Positions 19,601 to 26,830 of a DNA stretch of 46,088 nucleotides are shown one piece after another. The notes under the pieces are model-generated. The model did no database searches. It was not told where the DNA came from and saw nothing but the letters and a program-made list of their open reading frames with translations. Positions within the stretch are counted from its first letter, which is position 1. Each line of letters begins with the position of its first letter. The position numbers and the translations under genes were made by a program. Source of the DNA: Ignavibacteriota bacterium (GTDB lineage Bacteria > Bacteroidota > Ignavibacteria > Palsa-1295); contig JANYLL010000266.1 of NCBI GenBank assembly GCA_025357895.1, positions 1-46,088 on the forward strand, in the 5' to 3' direction.

Positions 19601-19944
19601 GTTTTCGGAAGCTCAGGAGTACCATCGACGCTAACGCCGAGGTAGTACTGCGCGTCAAACTTTAAGCTTGCAGGCAGTGTCCCGGAATTTCCGCCGAGCA
19701 ATACATTGAAGATTCCATTATTGACTACTACCTGAGGCATGGTCTCTTGATAGAGAACAGTACCGGCAGCGTCATAGATTTTGATGTCAATATTAACCGG
19801 CCCGTTTACTGGCTGATTATTTTTGACTAATAGTCCCTGATACGAAATGCTTCGCGGGACTTGCGCATAAACTGAGTTAAGCCCTAAAACGCTCAGGAAA
19901 GCCCCAAGCACCAGACTCAACAATATTGAACGACGTGAAGTCAT
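16678..19944 (-). CDS. Large secreted Gly/Thr/Asn-rich repeat fibre/adhesin-like protein
   Basis: The 1088-aa ORF has a signal peptide (LGAFLSVLGLNSVYAQ) and an AGGAGA Shine-Dalgarno 8 nt upstream of the ATG. It contains long runs of about 7-residue xTNxIxG repeats. There are internal duplications: FNGNITQTSGTTTLLGTTTG versus FNGNIVQTVGTTTLLNTTTG, and NGTAEPLAAPNGATYEITDNGDL versus NGVGEPNAANDASVTNYELISNGDF. Confidence 0.85.
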   Translation of the reverse strand: MTSRRSILLSLVLGAFLSVLGLNSVYAQVPRSISYQGLLVKNNQPVNGPVNIDIKIYDAAGTVLYQETMPQVVVNNGIFNVLLGGNSGTLPASLKFDAQYYLGVSVDGTPELPKTAFVAAPYALNAQTVGGIGVSVTPQPGMLLPLDQNGKIPKAALPQAAATVTTIDQVGGDANGNIHLIPGPGVSIIDNANNNTITIGLLGGAGSPDTIAVGPGLTGGGIGTRFQIGIATNNWITNGMLGTGVVTGMKLDQFVAGNGLYQDQLGNLNIGHDNSISIIPNANPAKNNGAIGLNMSNPNTWLVLQTFSGGLTVNGTTTQNGPVITNGTQTINGNLIVNGTAEPLAAPNGATYEITDNGDLKVTGSAYIQGNTFIGATNSSTNTVGTAGQSTNTITGSTNVITGTVSNSSQAPTVNVGTSQVAGNAVNIGTLFASTNTISGITNTIHGATNNIGASGLNPNNANNIGSIGGNSTNTIAGGTNALNASTSNDIQSPINRIGTTNAGSTNTIGSAGTSVNTIQGLTNNVQGNTNNVGTTTGGSANNIGNAGTSTNTITGANNTITATGTTTTNGNVVHNGVGEPNAANDASVTNYELISNGDFRELGAASFRGNVFMNQSLTVAGPTTLTGLTNNGTLTQNGNSTFNGNITQTSGTTTLLGTTTGALTVVGAFTQSGGNAAIAGGAVNSFGTVGGSANTIGGAGSTNSYNGSNTFNGNIVQTVGTTTLLNTTTGNLQVNGTLGSTGNITLGTSSSNNTIGAPGAINTLTGASNNLNATTANNVTGDLIQISGRSALAPTASTINSFGTGASQTNNISSGNGTTTTIGNGSGNVNNIGTAVAGTSTNNIGNLNAGTTNNINGLSTFTYTGDQTYVRIAGGVASCAGAFPTGAQSELLVNGDGFFDGTVAACRLNIFGVNPSCIANLNTTNFGSCAGGVTPINLISSLLGVGSVDVTNIRNIQVTNNIQTNVTLTIGVPGTNATNITSSNPGPASINQQTPTVSGKLPTFQSYTLPLVPASGLNGGGSVTFNAGNAPGINLDAVSGITATYQGHNAGIPVGELWVTRVPGVSVTVESSAAGDNNQVQIIILRP

Positions 19945-20501
19945 ACCCTTCGTCTCCTATTTAATGTAAATGAAGTAATTGAACGAACGTTATTTAGAAA
20001 ATCTTTTTGTTTTCCTTACGAAAATGAGTAGCATAGACTGCCCCCACTCTCCAAAGGAATACAAATATACGACAAAAATGCCTTCGTATCCACAAAAGTG
20101 AAAATACAAAGAAAAAACGTGAAGTCGAACTCCCCACAGGGAATAATGACTTATTCACATTTCTTCGAAAGTTCTCAGGACAAATATACAAAGAAATTTG
20201 CGTACACTTGCAAAAATCATTCATCCGTGAGTTTTCATAGGGTCGGTGGAAGGGGGCGATCTCCGGTTTCCGACGCTAGGGCATTAAAATGTAGCGTAAT
20301 TCGCTGGGCAAATATACGACATATTTTGCCCGTACACTATAAACTCCGTAATTTTAGTTCTGTTACACCTTAAAAGTGCTTTTTTTTGCAGACATTGCCA
20401 TAGCGCAGGATTTTAGCATAAATAAGGTCTGTATAAAGCCAAAACCAATAGAAAGCGGGACAAATAGGAAAGAGCTATTGTTTCGTGACTTTCTATAATA
20501 C

Positions 20502-21383
20502 ATGATACCGATAAACCCCAGCCAAAGACATGAAGCTCCGATGTCATTCCAACGCGCCGTGCTTTGGACTTTGTTCTGGATCGGGTTCGCCTTACTTACC
20601 ACAGTACTTATCTGGCTGCTTGTTCCTAACGGTGGAGATCATGCAGCTAATTTCCTGGCAGGGTATCTTATTGAAGAGTCGCTATCGGTTGATAATCTCT
20701 TTGTCTTCCTGATGCTCTTTACCTATTTTAAGATCACTCCTGCCGTGCAACGCAGAGTATTGAACTACGGCATTATCGGCGTTATTGTTTTGCGCGGCAT
20801 TATGATCTTTGCCGGTATCGAGCTTGTGAGCCGGTTCGAATTCCTGATGTATATCTTTGGCGCTATCGTACTCTATACCGGAGTAAAGATCTTCTTTGGA
20901 AATGAGAAAGAGTTTGATGCTGAGAAAAGCATGATCGTCAAATGGACGCGAAAGTTTTTTACCGTAAGCAAGGATTTTCACGGTGACAAGTTTTTTATCC
21001 GCCAGGCAGGGAAGTTAATCGCCACTCCCTTATTTGTGGTGCTTCTGGTTGTTGAGTTCACCGATCTTCTTTTTGCCCTCGATAGCATACCAGCGATCTT
21101 TGCTATAACAAGGATACCTCTTATTATCTACGGATCTAATATTCTTGCAGTCCTTGGTTTGCGGTCAATGTATTTTTTATTGGAGCGCATGCAATCGGCA
21201 TTCCGCTTCGTACAAAAGGGAGTTGCCGTGATCTTATGGTTTGTCGGAGCGAAAATGATCATACCGCTTTTTTCAAAGGAATTAACTATAGGGACGCTGC
21301 CCTCGCTTATCATCATTATTAGTATCTTGCTCATAAGCATCCTTGCCTCTTTGGTTTTTCCTGAAAAGAAAAGAAAAGCGTAA
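20502..21383 (+). CDS. TerC/Alx-family integral membrane protein
   Basis: Multi-TM protein with the TerC signature YLIEESLSVDNLFVF, plus a second repeat EFTDLLFALDSIPA. Confidence 0.88.
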   Translation: MIPINPSQRHEAPMSFQRAVLWTLFWIGFALLTTVLIWLLVPNGGDHAANFLAGYLIEESLSVDNLFVFLMLFTYFKITPAVQRRVLNYGIIGVIVLRGIMIFAGIELVSRFEFLMYIFGAIVLYTGVKIFFGNEKEFDAEKSMIVKWTRKFFTVSKDFHGDKFFIRQAGKLIATPLFVVLLVVEFTDLLFALDSIPAIFAITRIPLIIYGSNILAVLGLRSMYFLLERMQSAFRFVQKGVAVILWFVGAKMIIPLFSKELTIGTLPSLIIIISILLISILASLVFPEKKRKA

Positions 21384-21830
21384 ATGCCTCGTCACTCCAA
21401 TCTCATCCCTCTTTCGCACGATCATCACGAAGCGCTGCTCATTGCTCTCCGCTTGAAAAAAGGCGGACCTGCCTCCGGGCATGACCGATTATGGCCTGCT
21501 GATCTTGACGGGCAAGTGCGATCATTGCTCCTATTCTACGAAAGAGAACTACTTCCACACTTCCGACTTGAAGAAGAGATCCTATTTCCTGTGGCGGCAG
21601 CATTGCCTGAATTGAAGGAGATGGTAAAGAGCCTTTTAACCCAGCATCAAAAGATGAGAGATGCTATTGCAGGGGTTACTCATATAGAAGATGAGACACA
21701 TTTACGGAAAGAACTTGCTGATTTTGGAATGCTTCTCGAATTTCATATCCGCACCGAAGAGCGCGAGCTATTCCCGAAACTAGAAGAAGCAGAGAGGGAA
21801 GGGAAGATCACTCTGCCATATTTGAAATAG
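21384..21830 (+). CDS. Hemerythrin (HHE cation-binding) domain protein
   Basis: 148 aa with LSHDHHEALL at the N-terminus and His/Glu-spaced helices (HFRLEEEILFP, FHIRTEERELFP). The ATG directly abuts the terC-family stop (TAAATG). Confidence 0.7.
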   Translation: MPRHSNLIPLSHDHHEALLIALRLKKGGPASGHDRLWPADLDGQVRSLLLFYERELLPHFRLEEEILFPVAAALPELKEMVKSLLTQHQKMRDAIAGVTHIEDETHLRKELADFGMLLEFHIRTEERELFPKLEEAEREGKITLPYLK

Positions 21831-21856
21831 TTATTTCTCATTTATCACTTCACATT

Positions 21857-21955
21857 GGTAGACGCAGGCTTTAGCCTGAGTCCCTCGCTCCAGTAATGTA
21901 TTAATTAATTATAGCTTATGCTACGAAGAGCGCAAGGCTAAAGCCTGCGGCTACC
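21857..21955. repeat. Palindromic REP/MITE-like element (GGTAG...CTACC family)
   Basis: The left arm is GGTAGACGCAGGCTTTAGCCTG (21857-21878). The right arm is CAAGGCTAAAGCCTGCGGCTACC (21933-21955). They are near-perfect reverse complements. The left arm with its ACATT prefix is about 90 percent identical to 36140-36168. Confidence 0.8.
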
Positions 21956-22053
21956 TCAGACTATAAAATCCATTGAACTTCTTGCCTCCCTTCCTCGTTA
22001 AGTGCTTCCCGAAAAAATTGTTTTCATAACTTAGATTTAAAGAAGGATATTTG

Positions 22054-22494
22054 ATGTCAGAAACATTACAAAAGGAAGCTCCGGCAACTACTGCAGTTTT
22101 GAATAAAAAACTGTATGTTGGCAGCCTTCCGTATAATTGGTCAGTAGAACAGCTCGAAGAACTGTTCAAGCCTTTTGGCCGTGTATCGAGCACAGCGATC
22201 GTCAGCGATCAGGTCACTCGCAAATCCAAAGGTTTCGGATTTGTCGAAATGGATTCCGAAGACTCTGCCAAGAAAGCTATGGAAGCTCTTAACGGCAAAG
22301 AGATCGAAGGTCGTCCATTGAGCGTTCGTGAAGCAAAGCCAAATATGGATAAGCGCGGCAATCGCGATGGCGGCGGAAACAGCGGTGGCGGCGGAGGCGG
22401 TTGGCAGCCACGCGGACATCGAGCCGAGTATAACGATCCTAACGGAACAGATATTTCCGGCAGAAGTTACGGCAACCGTAATGGATGGTGGTAA
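22054..22494 (+). CDS. RRM-type RNA-binding protein with Gly-rich tail
   Basis: RNP2 is KLYVGSLPY and RNP1 is KGFGFVEM. The C-terminus has a GGGNSGGGGGGW tract. Confidence 0.88.
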   Translation: MSETLQKEAPATTAVLNKKLYVGSLPYNWSVEQLEELFKPFGRVSSTAIVSDQVTRKSKGFGFVEMDSEDSAKKAMEALNGKEIEGRPLSVREAKPNMDKRGNRDGGGNSGGGGGGWQPRGHRAEYNDPNGTDISGRSYGNRNGWW

Positions 22495-22520
22495 GCATTA
22501 AAAAATCTGAGATTTTAAGA

Positions 22521-22547
22521 AAGCAGCTTCTAAAAGCTGCTTTTTTA
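22521..22547 (+). terminator. Intrinsic terminator
   Basis: The hairpin AGCAGCTT-CTAA-AAGCTGCT is followed by TTTTTTATT. Confidence 0.8.
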
Positions 22548-22561
22548 TTGCTTCTATTCTT

Positions 22562-22623
22562 AGTAGGGTGGGCTTTAGTCCTCCCATCTTCTGTTTCAAT
22601 GACGGACTAAAGTCCGTCCTACT
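22562..22623. repeat. Palindromic REP-like element related to the GGTAG family
   Basis: The arms AGTAGGGTGGGCTTTAGTCC (22562-22581) and GGACTAAAGTCCGTCCTACT (22604-22623) are imperfect reverse complements. The right arm contains the mini-hairpin GGAC-TAAA-GTCC. Confidence 0.75.
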
Positions 22624-22630
22624 TAAGAGA

Positions 22631-24802
22631 CTAAAAACGCACAACCTCTCCTGTTGCAAGCGACTCTCTGATGGCAAAAGTTATGAGTGTTGTAGCAAGG
22701 ATCGAATCAAATGGTATCGGAGATTCTTTTCCGGATTTGATTGAGCTGATAAATGCTACCACTTCTTCTTTATGACCCTTGCCCTGACCACTAATTATTT
22801 TCGGTTTGCCCGATCCGTTCCAAAGTTCAAGCTCAGTAAAATTTTTCATGATGGCAGTTCTTCCGCTCGAGAAAACCTGTAGCTCTTCTTTAGGAAGTGA
22901 TCTATCTCCATTCGCAATATAAAGAATTGACGCAACGGTGCCGTCTTCATATTCGATCATGATGGAAACGTTATCATTATCGATCACATCGCTTCTTCCA
23001 GATGATAAAGATTTGGCTACGACGCTTGTTGGCAGCGCATCGCCGGTGAGATATGCAGCAGTATCAATAAAATGACAAATCTCTCCGATAATTCTTCCAC
23101 CGCCAATTTCTTCATCCATAGTCCAATCGGATGCCTTGACAGCTCCGGCATTCACGCGATAAAAAATGAGCTTGGCTTGATTCGGCTCACCGAAAAATTC
23201 TTTTGTCTTGACGACGAGCGGCGAGAATCTTCTATTAAAACCTATGAGTAGTTTTGAATTTTGAGTTTTTAGTTTTGAATAAGTATTTGCTACTCTTGCA
23301 GCATCTTCAAAATTTAACGCAAGCGGCTTTTCGCAGAAAACATTCTTGCCTGCTTCAAAAGCTTTGCAGATCAACTCAGCGTGAAGATTATGCCTCGTTG
23401 CAATGAAAACCGTATTGACATCAGACGAAGAAATAACATCATTCGGATTTGTTGTTGAGGATTTAAATCCGAATTTATTCTGCGCATCCTGCGAACTTGC
23501 ACCGGATTCATTTGCTACGATAACTAATTCCGAATTTTCTTTTAGTGTCTGAAGTAAAAAACCCTGGGCGAAATTTCCCGCGCCGATGAATCCAATTTTT
23601 GGGGTTTGGAGTGTAGGGTTTGGGGTTTGAGATTTTTCTCGTAATTCGTAATTCGTAATTCGTAATTTTTCGCTACTCTCCGGATATGTAAGTACTATCC
23701 CGAGATATCGCTCCTTCACCTCACCTGCGATCATATCATACGCTTGCTTTGCTTCGGTGATAGGGAACTGATGCGTCGTAATTTTTGAAGGTTCAACTTT
23801 CTTCTCGGTAAGCAACCGGACAAATTCCTGCATATTGCGGCGTTCTGTCCAGCGTACATAACCGATGGGATAGTCAATTCCTTTTTCTTCGTAATCATGT
23901 TCGTATCTTCCCGGACCGTACGAGCGTGAAAATCTGAAATCTAATTCTTTCAAATAATAAGTATCGCGAGGAATATCCATCTTCGTAACACCGACCATCA
24001 CAACTTTGCCGCGGTCGCGTGCTATTTGCGCTGATAATTCTATAGGATCGTTCGAACTAGTTGCAGCTGTGATAATAATGCTATCCACTCCGAAGCCATG
24101 TGTTAATGACTTGATCTTATCCACAAGGTTATCAGCTTTTCGACTAAATGCGAAATTTGCATTATGTGAATTCGCCAACAGCACATTGTCATCATCAAGA
24201 TCGATGCCGATCACCACACATCCTGCAGCTTTTGCAATTGCGCAAGTTAATTGACCCACAAGACCTAAGCCAATAACAGCAACATATTCTCCAAACCGCA
24301 CTTCTGCCTGGCGAACGCCTTGCATGGCAATTGCGCCAAGCGTTGTATAGCAGGCATCTTCGTAGCTTACGTTATCGGGAATTTTGACGCAAAGATTTTT
24401 CAGCACACTGACAACTTCAGAATGACTGGCACCCTGCCCACCACATGCAACTCGGTCACCGGGTTTTATATCTGTAACGTCTTCACTAACTGCTATCACT
24501 TCTCCGGCACAGGAATAGCCCATAGCTTTTTCGGAGTCAAGCTTATTCATGACGCGACTATATGTTGCCCAAAAACCATTCTGCTTGATCTCGGCAAGCA
24601 CTTTTTTCACATCATCGGGGCGGCTTTTTGCTTTTTCGATTAATGAGGCACGTGCAAGTTCGACGGACATTTTCTCCGTACCGGCAGAAATGAGACTTGC
24701 ATAATTTCGTACGATAACGCCTGAGCGCTTCGGTGCATGAGGGGCATCGACATCACGAACAGTAATTGCGCCGGAGCGCATAGATTGTAGAAGTTGTTTC
24801 AA
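22631..24802 (-). CDS. Bi-domain oxidoreductase: N-terminal zinc-type alcohol dehydrogenase (MDR) domain fused to a C-terminal Gfo/Idh/MocA NAD-binding oxidoreductase
   Basis: 723 aa. The N-terminal half has an MDR-like Rossmann motif, VAVIGLGLVGQL. The C-terminal half starts with KIGFIGAGNFAQ and carries EKPLA, as in Gfo/Idh/MocA enzymes. The halves are joined by a low-complexity linker. Confidence 0.85.
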   Translation of the reverse strand: MKQLLQSMRSGAITVRDVDAPHAPKRSGVIVRNYASLISAGTEKMSVELARASLIEKAKSRPDDVKKVLAEIKQNGFWATYSRVMNKLDSEKAMGYSCAGEVIAVSEDVTDIKPGDRVACGGQGASHSEVVSVLKNLCVKIPDNVSYEDACYTTLGAIAMQGVRQAEVRFGEYVAVIGLGLVGQLTCAIAKAAGCVVIGIDLDDDNVLLANSHNANFAFSRKADNLVDKIKSLTHGFGVDSIIITAATSSNDPIELSAQIARDRGKVVMVGVTKMDIPRDTYYLKELDFRFSRSYGPGRYEHDYEEKGIDYPIGYVRWTERRNMQEFVRLLTEKKVEPSKITTHQFPITEAKQAYDMIAGEVKERYLGIVLTYPESSEKLRITNYELREKSQTPNPTLQTPKIGFIGAGNFAQGFLLQTLKENSELVIVANESGASSQDAQNKFGFKSSTTNPNDVISSSDVNTVFIATRHNLHAELICKAFEAGKNVFCEKPLALNFEDAARVANTYSKLKTQNSKLLIGFNRRFSPLVVKTKEFFGEPNQAKLIFYRVNAGAVKASDWTMDEEIGGGRIIGEICHFIDTAAYLTGDALPTSVVAKSLSSGRSDVIDNDNVSIMIEYEDGTVASILYIANGDRSLPKEELQVFSSGRTAIMKNFTELELWNGSGKPKIISGQGKGHKEEVVAFISSIKSGKESPIPFDSILATTLITFAIRESLATGEVVRF
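23640..23667. repeat. Perfect 7-bp x4 tandem repeat (CGTAATT) inside a coding sequence
   Basis: CGTAATT occurs at 23640, 23647, 23654 and 23661. On the minus strand it is translated as LRITNYELR, within the inter-domain linker. Confidence 0.95.
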
Positions 24803-24903
24803 TATCTCTGTTTAATATAATAACTTTGATATTTAACGGCTTACGGTAACTTTTGATTCGTCAGTGAAGTTTAATAATGACACCAATTTTGACCCCTGAT
24901 ACT

Positions 24904-26022
24904 ATGAAAAAAATCACGTTCCTCATTCTTCTGCTTTTCGTAGTTTTCATTCGTACATCCGTATCACAGACGACAGTCACAGATAGCCTCATGTCCGGGG
25001 GCAATATGCGGCATTATCATCTTTACCTTCCGAAAAATTACATTCCGGGCAGCTCTCGTCCGCTAATCTTAAATTTTCACGGTTACGGCTCGAACGCTTC
25101 CGCCGAACAAAATTATACAAAGTTCATGCCTGTTGCCGATACAGCAGGATTTCTTATCGTCTATCCCGAAGGTACGATCGATGGCACAGGCAAGCAGTAT
25201 TGGAACGCCGGCATTCCCGGTTTACCGCAAACACCGGATGATGTTGCATTCGTATCTTCACTCATTGATGCCTTACATACGCGATATAATATTAATACAA
25301 ATAAAGTCTATGCCACAGGATTAAGTAACGGAGGGTATATGTCTTACCGGCTTGCATGGAAACTCTCTGATAAAATTGCTGCTATTGCCTCAGTATCCGG
25401 AAGCATGGGACCGCCTGACTTTGCAAAGTGCGATCCTCCTCGTCCGATTCCGATCATGGAAATCCACGGTACAAGTGATAATGTCGTTGTGTATAACGGT
25501 TCGGCAATTGCAATGAATATTGATACGCTCATGCAGTTTTGGGTAGCGAAAGATCATTGCTTTCCAATATCGGATCCGCTCAATCTTCCCGATATTGATC
25601 CGAGTGACGGAAGCAACGTTATTCATTTCATCTGGTCTGCTGAAATTGCCAACATCAATTGTGAGCTTTATAGAATCACCGGCGGAGCACATGTCAATTG
25701 GCCCGGAGCAGGACCGGGAAATAATATGGATTTCAGCGCATCACCAACCATTTGGCAATTCTTTAATAGATATCAGCTTAGCCAATCCTCCGTAAAAGAA
25801 ACGGTACCTTCTTCTTTTAAATTTTACCCAAATCCGTCTTCCAGTTTTATTCATTTGGCAAGTAATACAAAAGTGTCCGTGGCGATAATGGATTTGACCG
25901 GAAGAACAATTATTACGAGCAATGAAAAGGATATTAATATCAGTAGACTTTCTCCAGGTTTATACATTCTTCATATTGAAGAAAGTGGAATTCGGATTGT
26001 AGAAAAACTGTTAAAGTACTAA
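24904..26022 (+). CDS. PHB-depolymerase/LpqC-family esterase with T9SS C-terminal sorting domain
   Basis: It has a signal peptide and RHYHLYLPKNY...LILNFHGYGSNA. The nucleophile elbow is GLSNGGYMSYRLA. The C-terminus reads FKFYPNPSSSFIHL...GLYILHIEE. I chose the start at ATG 24904. Confidence 0.8.
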   Translation: MKKITFLILLLFVVFIRTSVSQTTVTDSLMSGGNMRHYHLYLPKNYIPGSSRPLILNFHGYGSNASAEQNYTKFMPVADTAGFLIVYPEGTIDGTGKQYWNAGIPGLPQTPDDVAFVSSLIDALHTRYNINTNKVYATGLSNGGYMSYRLAWKLSDKIAAIASVSGSMGPPDFAKCDPPRPIPIMEIHGTSDNVVVYNGSAIAMNIDTLMQFWVAKDHCFPISDPLNLPDIDPSDGSNVIHFIWSAEIANINCELYRITGGAHVNWPGAGPGNNMDFSASPTIWQFFNRYQLSQSSVKETVPSSFKFYPNPSSSFIHLASNTKVSVAIMDLTGRTIITSNEKDINISRLSPGLYILHIEESGIRIVEKLLKY

Positions 26023-26053
26023 AAGAATCTAAACTATTTGAAAGCTCTAAAAA

Positions 26054-26248
26054 ATGATTAAAAATCCTATTATAAAATGGCTACTTTTACCTGCTCTCTT
26101 TGGAGCTTGGATTTTAGTTCATTATCTTACTGATAAAAAAAGTGCGGAAGGTTTGGGTATTTATGTGATAATAATACTTGGTACGTTCGCATACTTGTTA
26201 GACAGGCATATTAGCAAAAACTCAAAAAAGAACGAAGACCGAGCTTAG
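26054..26248 (+). CDS. Hypothetical small membrane protein (2 predicted TM helices)
   Basis: 64-aa ORF with two hydrophobic segments. I recognise no homology. Confidence 0.35.
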   Translation: MIKNPIIKWLLLPALFGAWILVHYLTDKKSAEGLGIYVIIILGTFAYLLDRHISKNSKKNEDRA

Positions 26249-26311
26249 TTTTATTTTAACCCTCCGTACTGCGTCAAGTATATAATTACCTTTCAATAGC
26301 TTAAAATAAAA

Positions 26312-26337
26312 CACCGGATGTTTTTCATCATCCGGTG
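26312..26337 (-). terminator. Intrinsic terminator for the haemoglobin gene
   Basis: The stem is CACCGGATG / CATCCGGTG with an 8-nt loop. On the minus strand it is followed by TTTTATTTT. Confidence 0.65.
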
Positions 26338-26377
26338 CCTGGTATTTGTATTCTTCTCTCTATGTCTTAAAAAGTTA

Positions 26378-26830
26378 TCACTGATGTTCTACATCTCCGC
26401 GTAAGCCTGCTAACGCACCGATAAGTTCGCCCTGCTCCCTGGATCCAACATTGAAATCATTCAGAGCATGAGTGAGATCACCGACAAGGGCATTGAACTG
26501 CTCATCATTGATATTCATGCCTTTGTGGGCAGACTTCATGTCCTTGCCCGTATATGTGCAAGGTCCGCCTGTTGCCGCACAAACCTGGTCGACAAGCTCC
26601 ATTTTCAAATGTGGAATGTCTGTCTTTGCAAAGAACATGTTGATCTTCTGATCGGCAGCTACGTACCCAACAAATTTATCAACGACTGCCGTTATAGCGC
26701 CTTTTCCGCCGAGGCGATCATAAAGTGATTTATCGGAAGATGAACTGCTCTTCATGGTTGTGCATGAGCTAAGTCCCATACAAAAAATGAAAGCCAGAAC
26801 ACTAAGCCCAAAAATAGATTGTTTACGCAT
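26378..26830 (-). CDS. glbN: Group 1 truncated haemoglobin (trHbN) with lipoprotein signal peptide
   Basis: The globin core reads LYDRLGGKGAITAVVDKFVGYVAADQKIN.FF...GGPCTYTGKDMKSAHKGMNINDEQFNALV. The N-terminus MRKQSIFGLSVLAFIFCMGLSSC has an L-S-S-C lipobox. I placed the start at the second Met; the track ORF extends to 26869. Confidence 0.85.
   Translation of the reverse strand: MRKQSIFGLSVLAFIFCMGLSSCTTMKSSSSSDKSLYDRLGGKGAITAVVDKFVGYVAADQKINMFFAKTDIPHLKMELVDQVCAATGGPCTYTGKDMKSAHKGMNINDEQFNALVGDLTHALNDFNVGSREQGELIGALAGLRGDVEHQ

Noticed and set aside
19994-20373. ORFs 19994-20224 (minus strand, 76 aa) and 20098-20373 (plus strand, 91 aa) in the long intergenic region.
   Set aside because: They have no RBS, their composition is odd (Cys/Phe/Arg-rich), they mutually overlap, and I recognise no motifs. 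They are probably non-coding.
20225-20501. A yybP-ykoY (Mn2+/pH) riboswitch is expected upstream of a TerC/Alx-family gene.
   Set aside because: I could not find the conserved GGGGAGUAG core or the paired GGCUUUGUUGACAUA / AGACC elements on the plus strand. Only loose resemblances exist, such as GCAGACAUUG and AUAAGGUCU. A covariance-model scan is needed, so I make no call.
23601-23625. Possible G-quadruplex in GGGGTTTGGAGTGTAGGGTTTGGGGTTT.
   Set aside because: Only three runs of three or more G are present, and the fourth is GG. It does not meet the canonical four-run G4 pattern.
24117-24125. A perfect DnaA box, TTATCCACA.
   Set aside because: It is an isolated single copy inside the bi-domain oxidoreductase coding sequence. 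About 0.35 perfect 9-mer matches are expected in a window this size, so it is consistent with chance.
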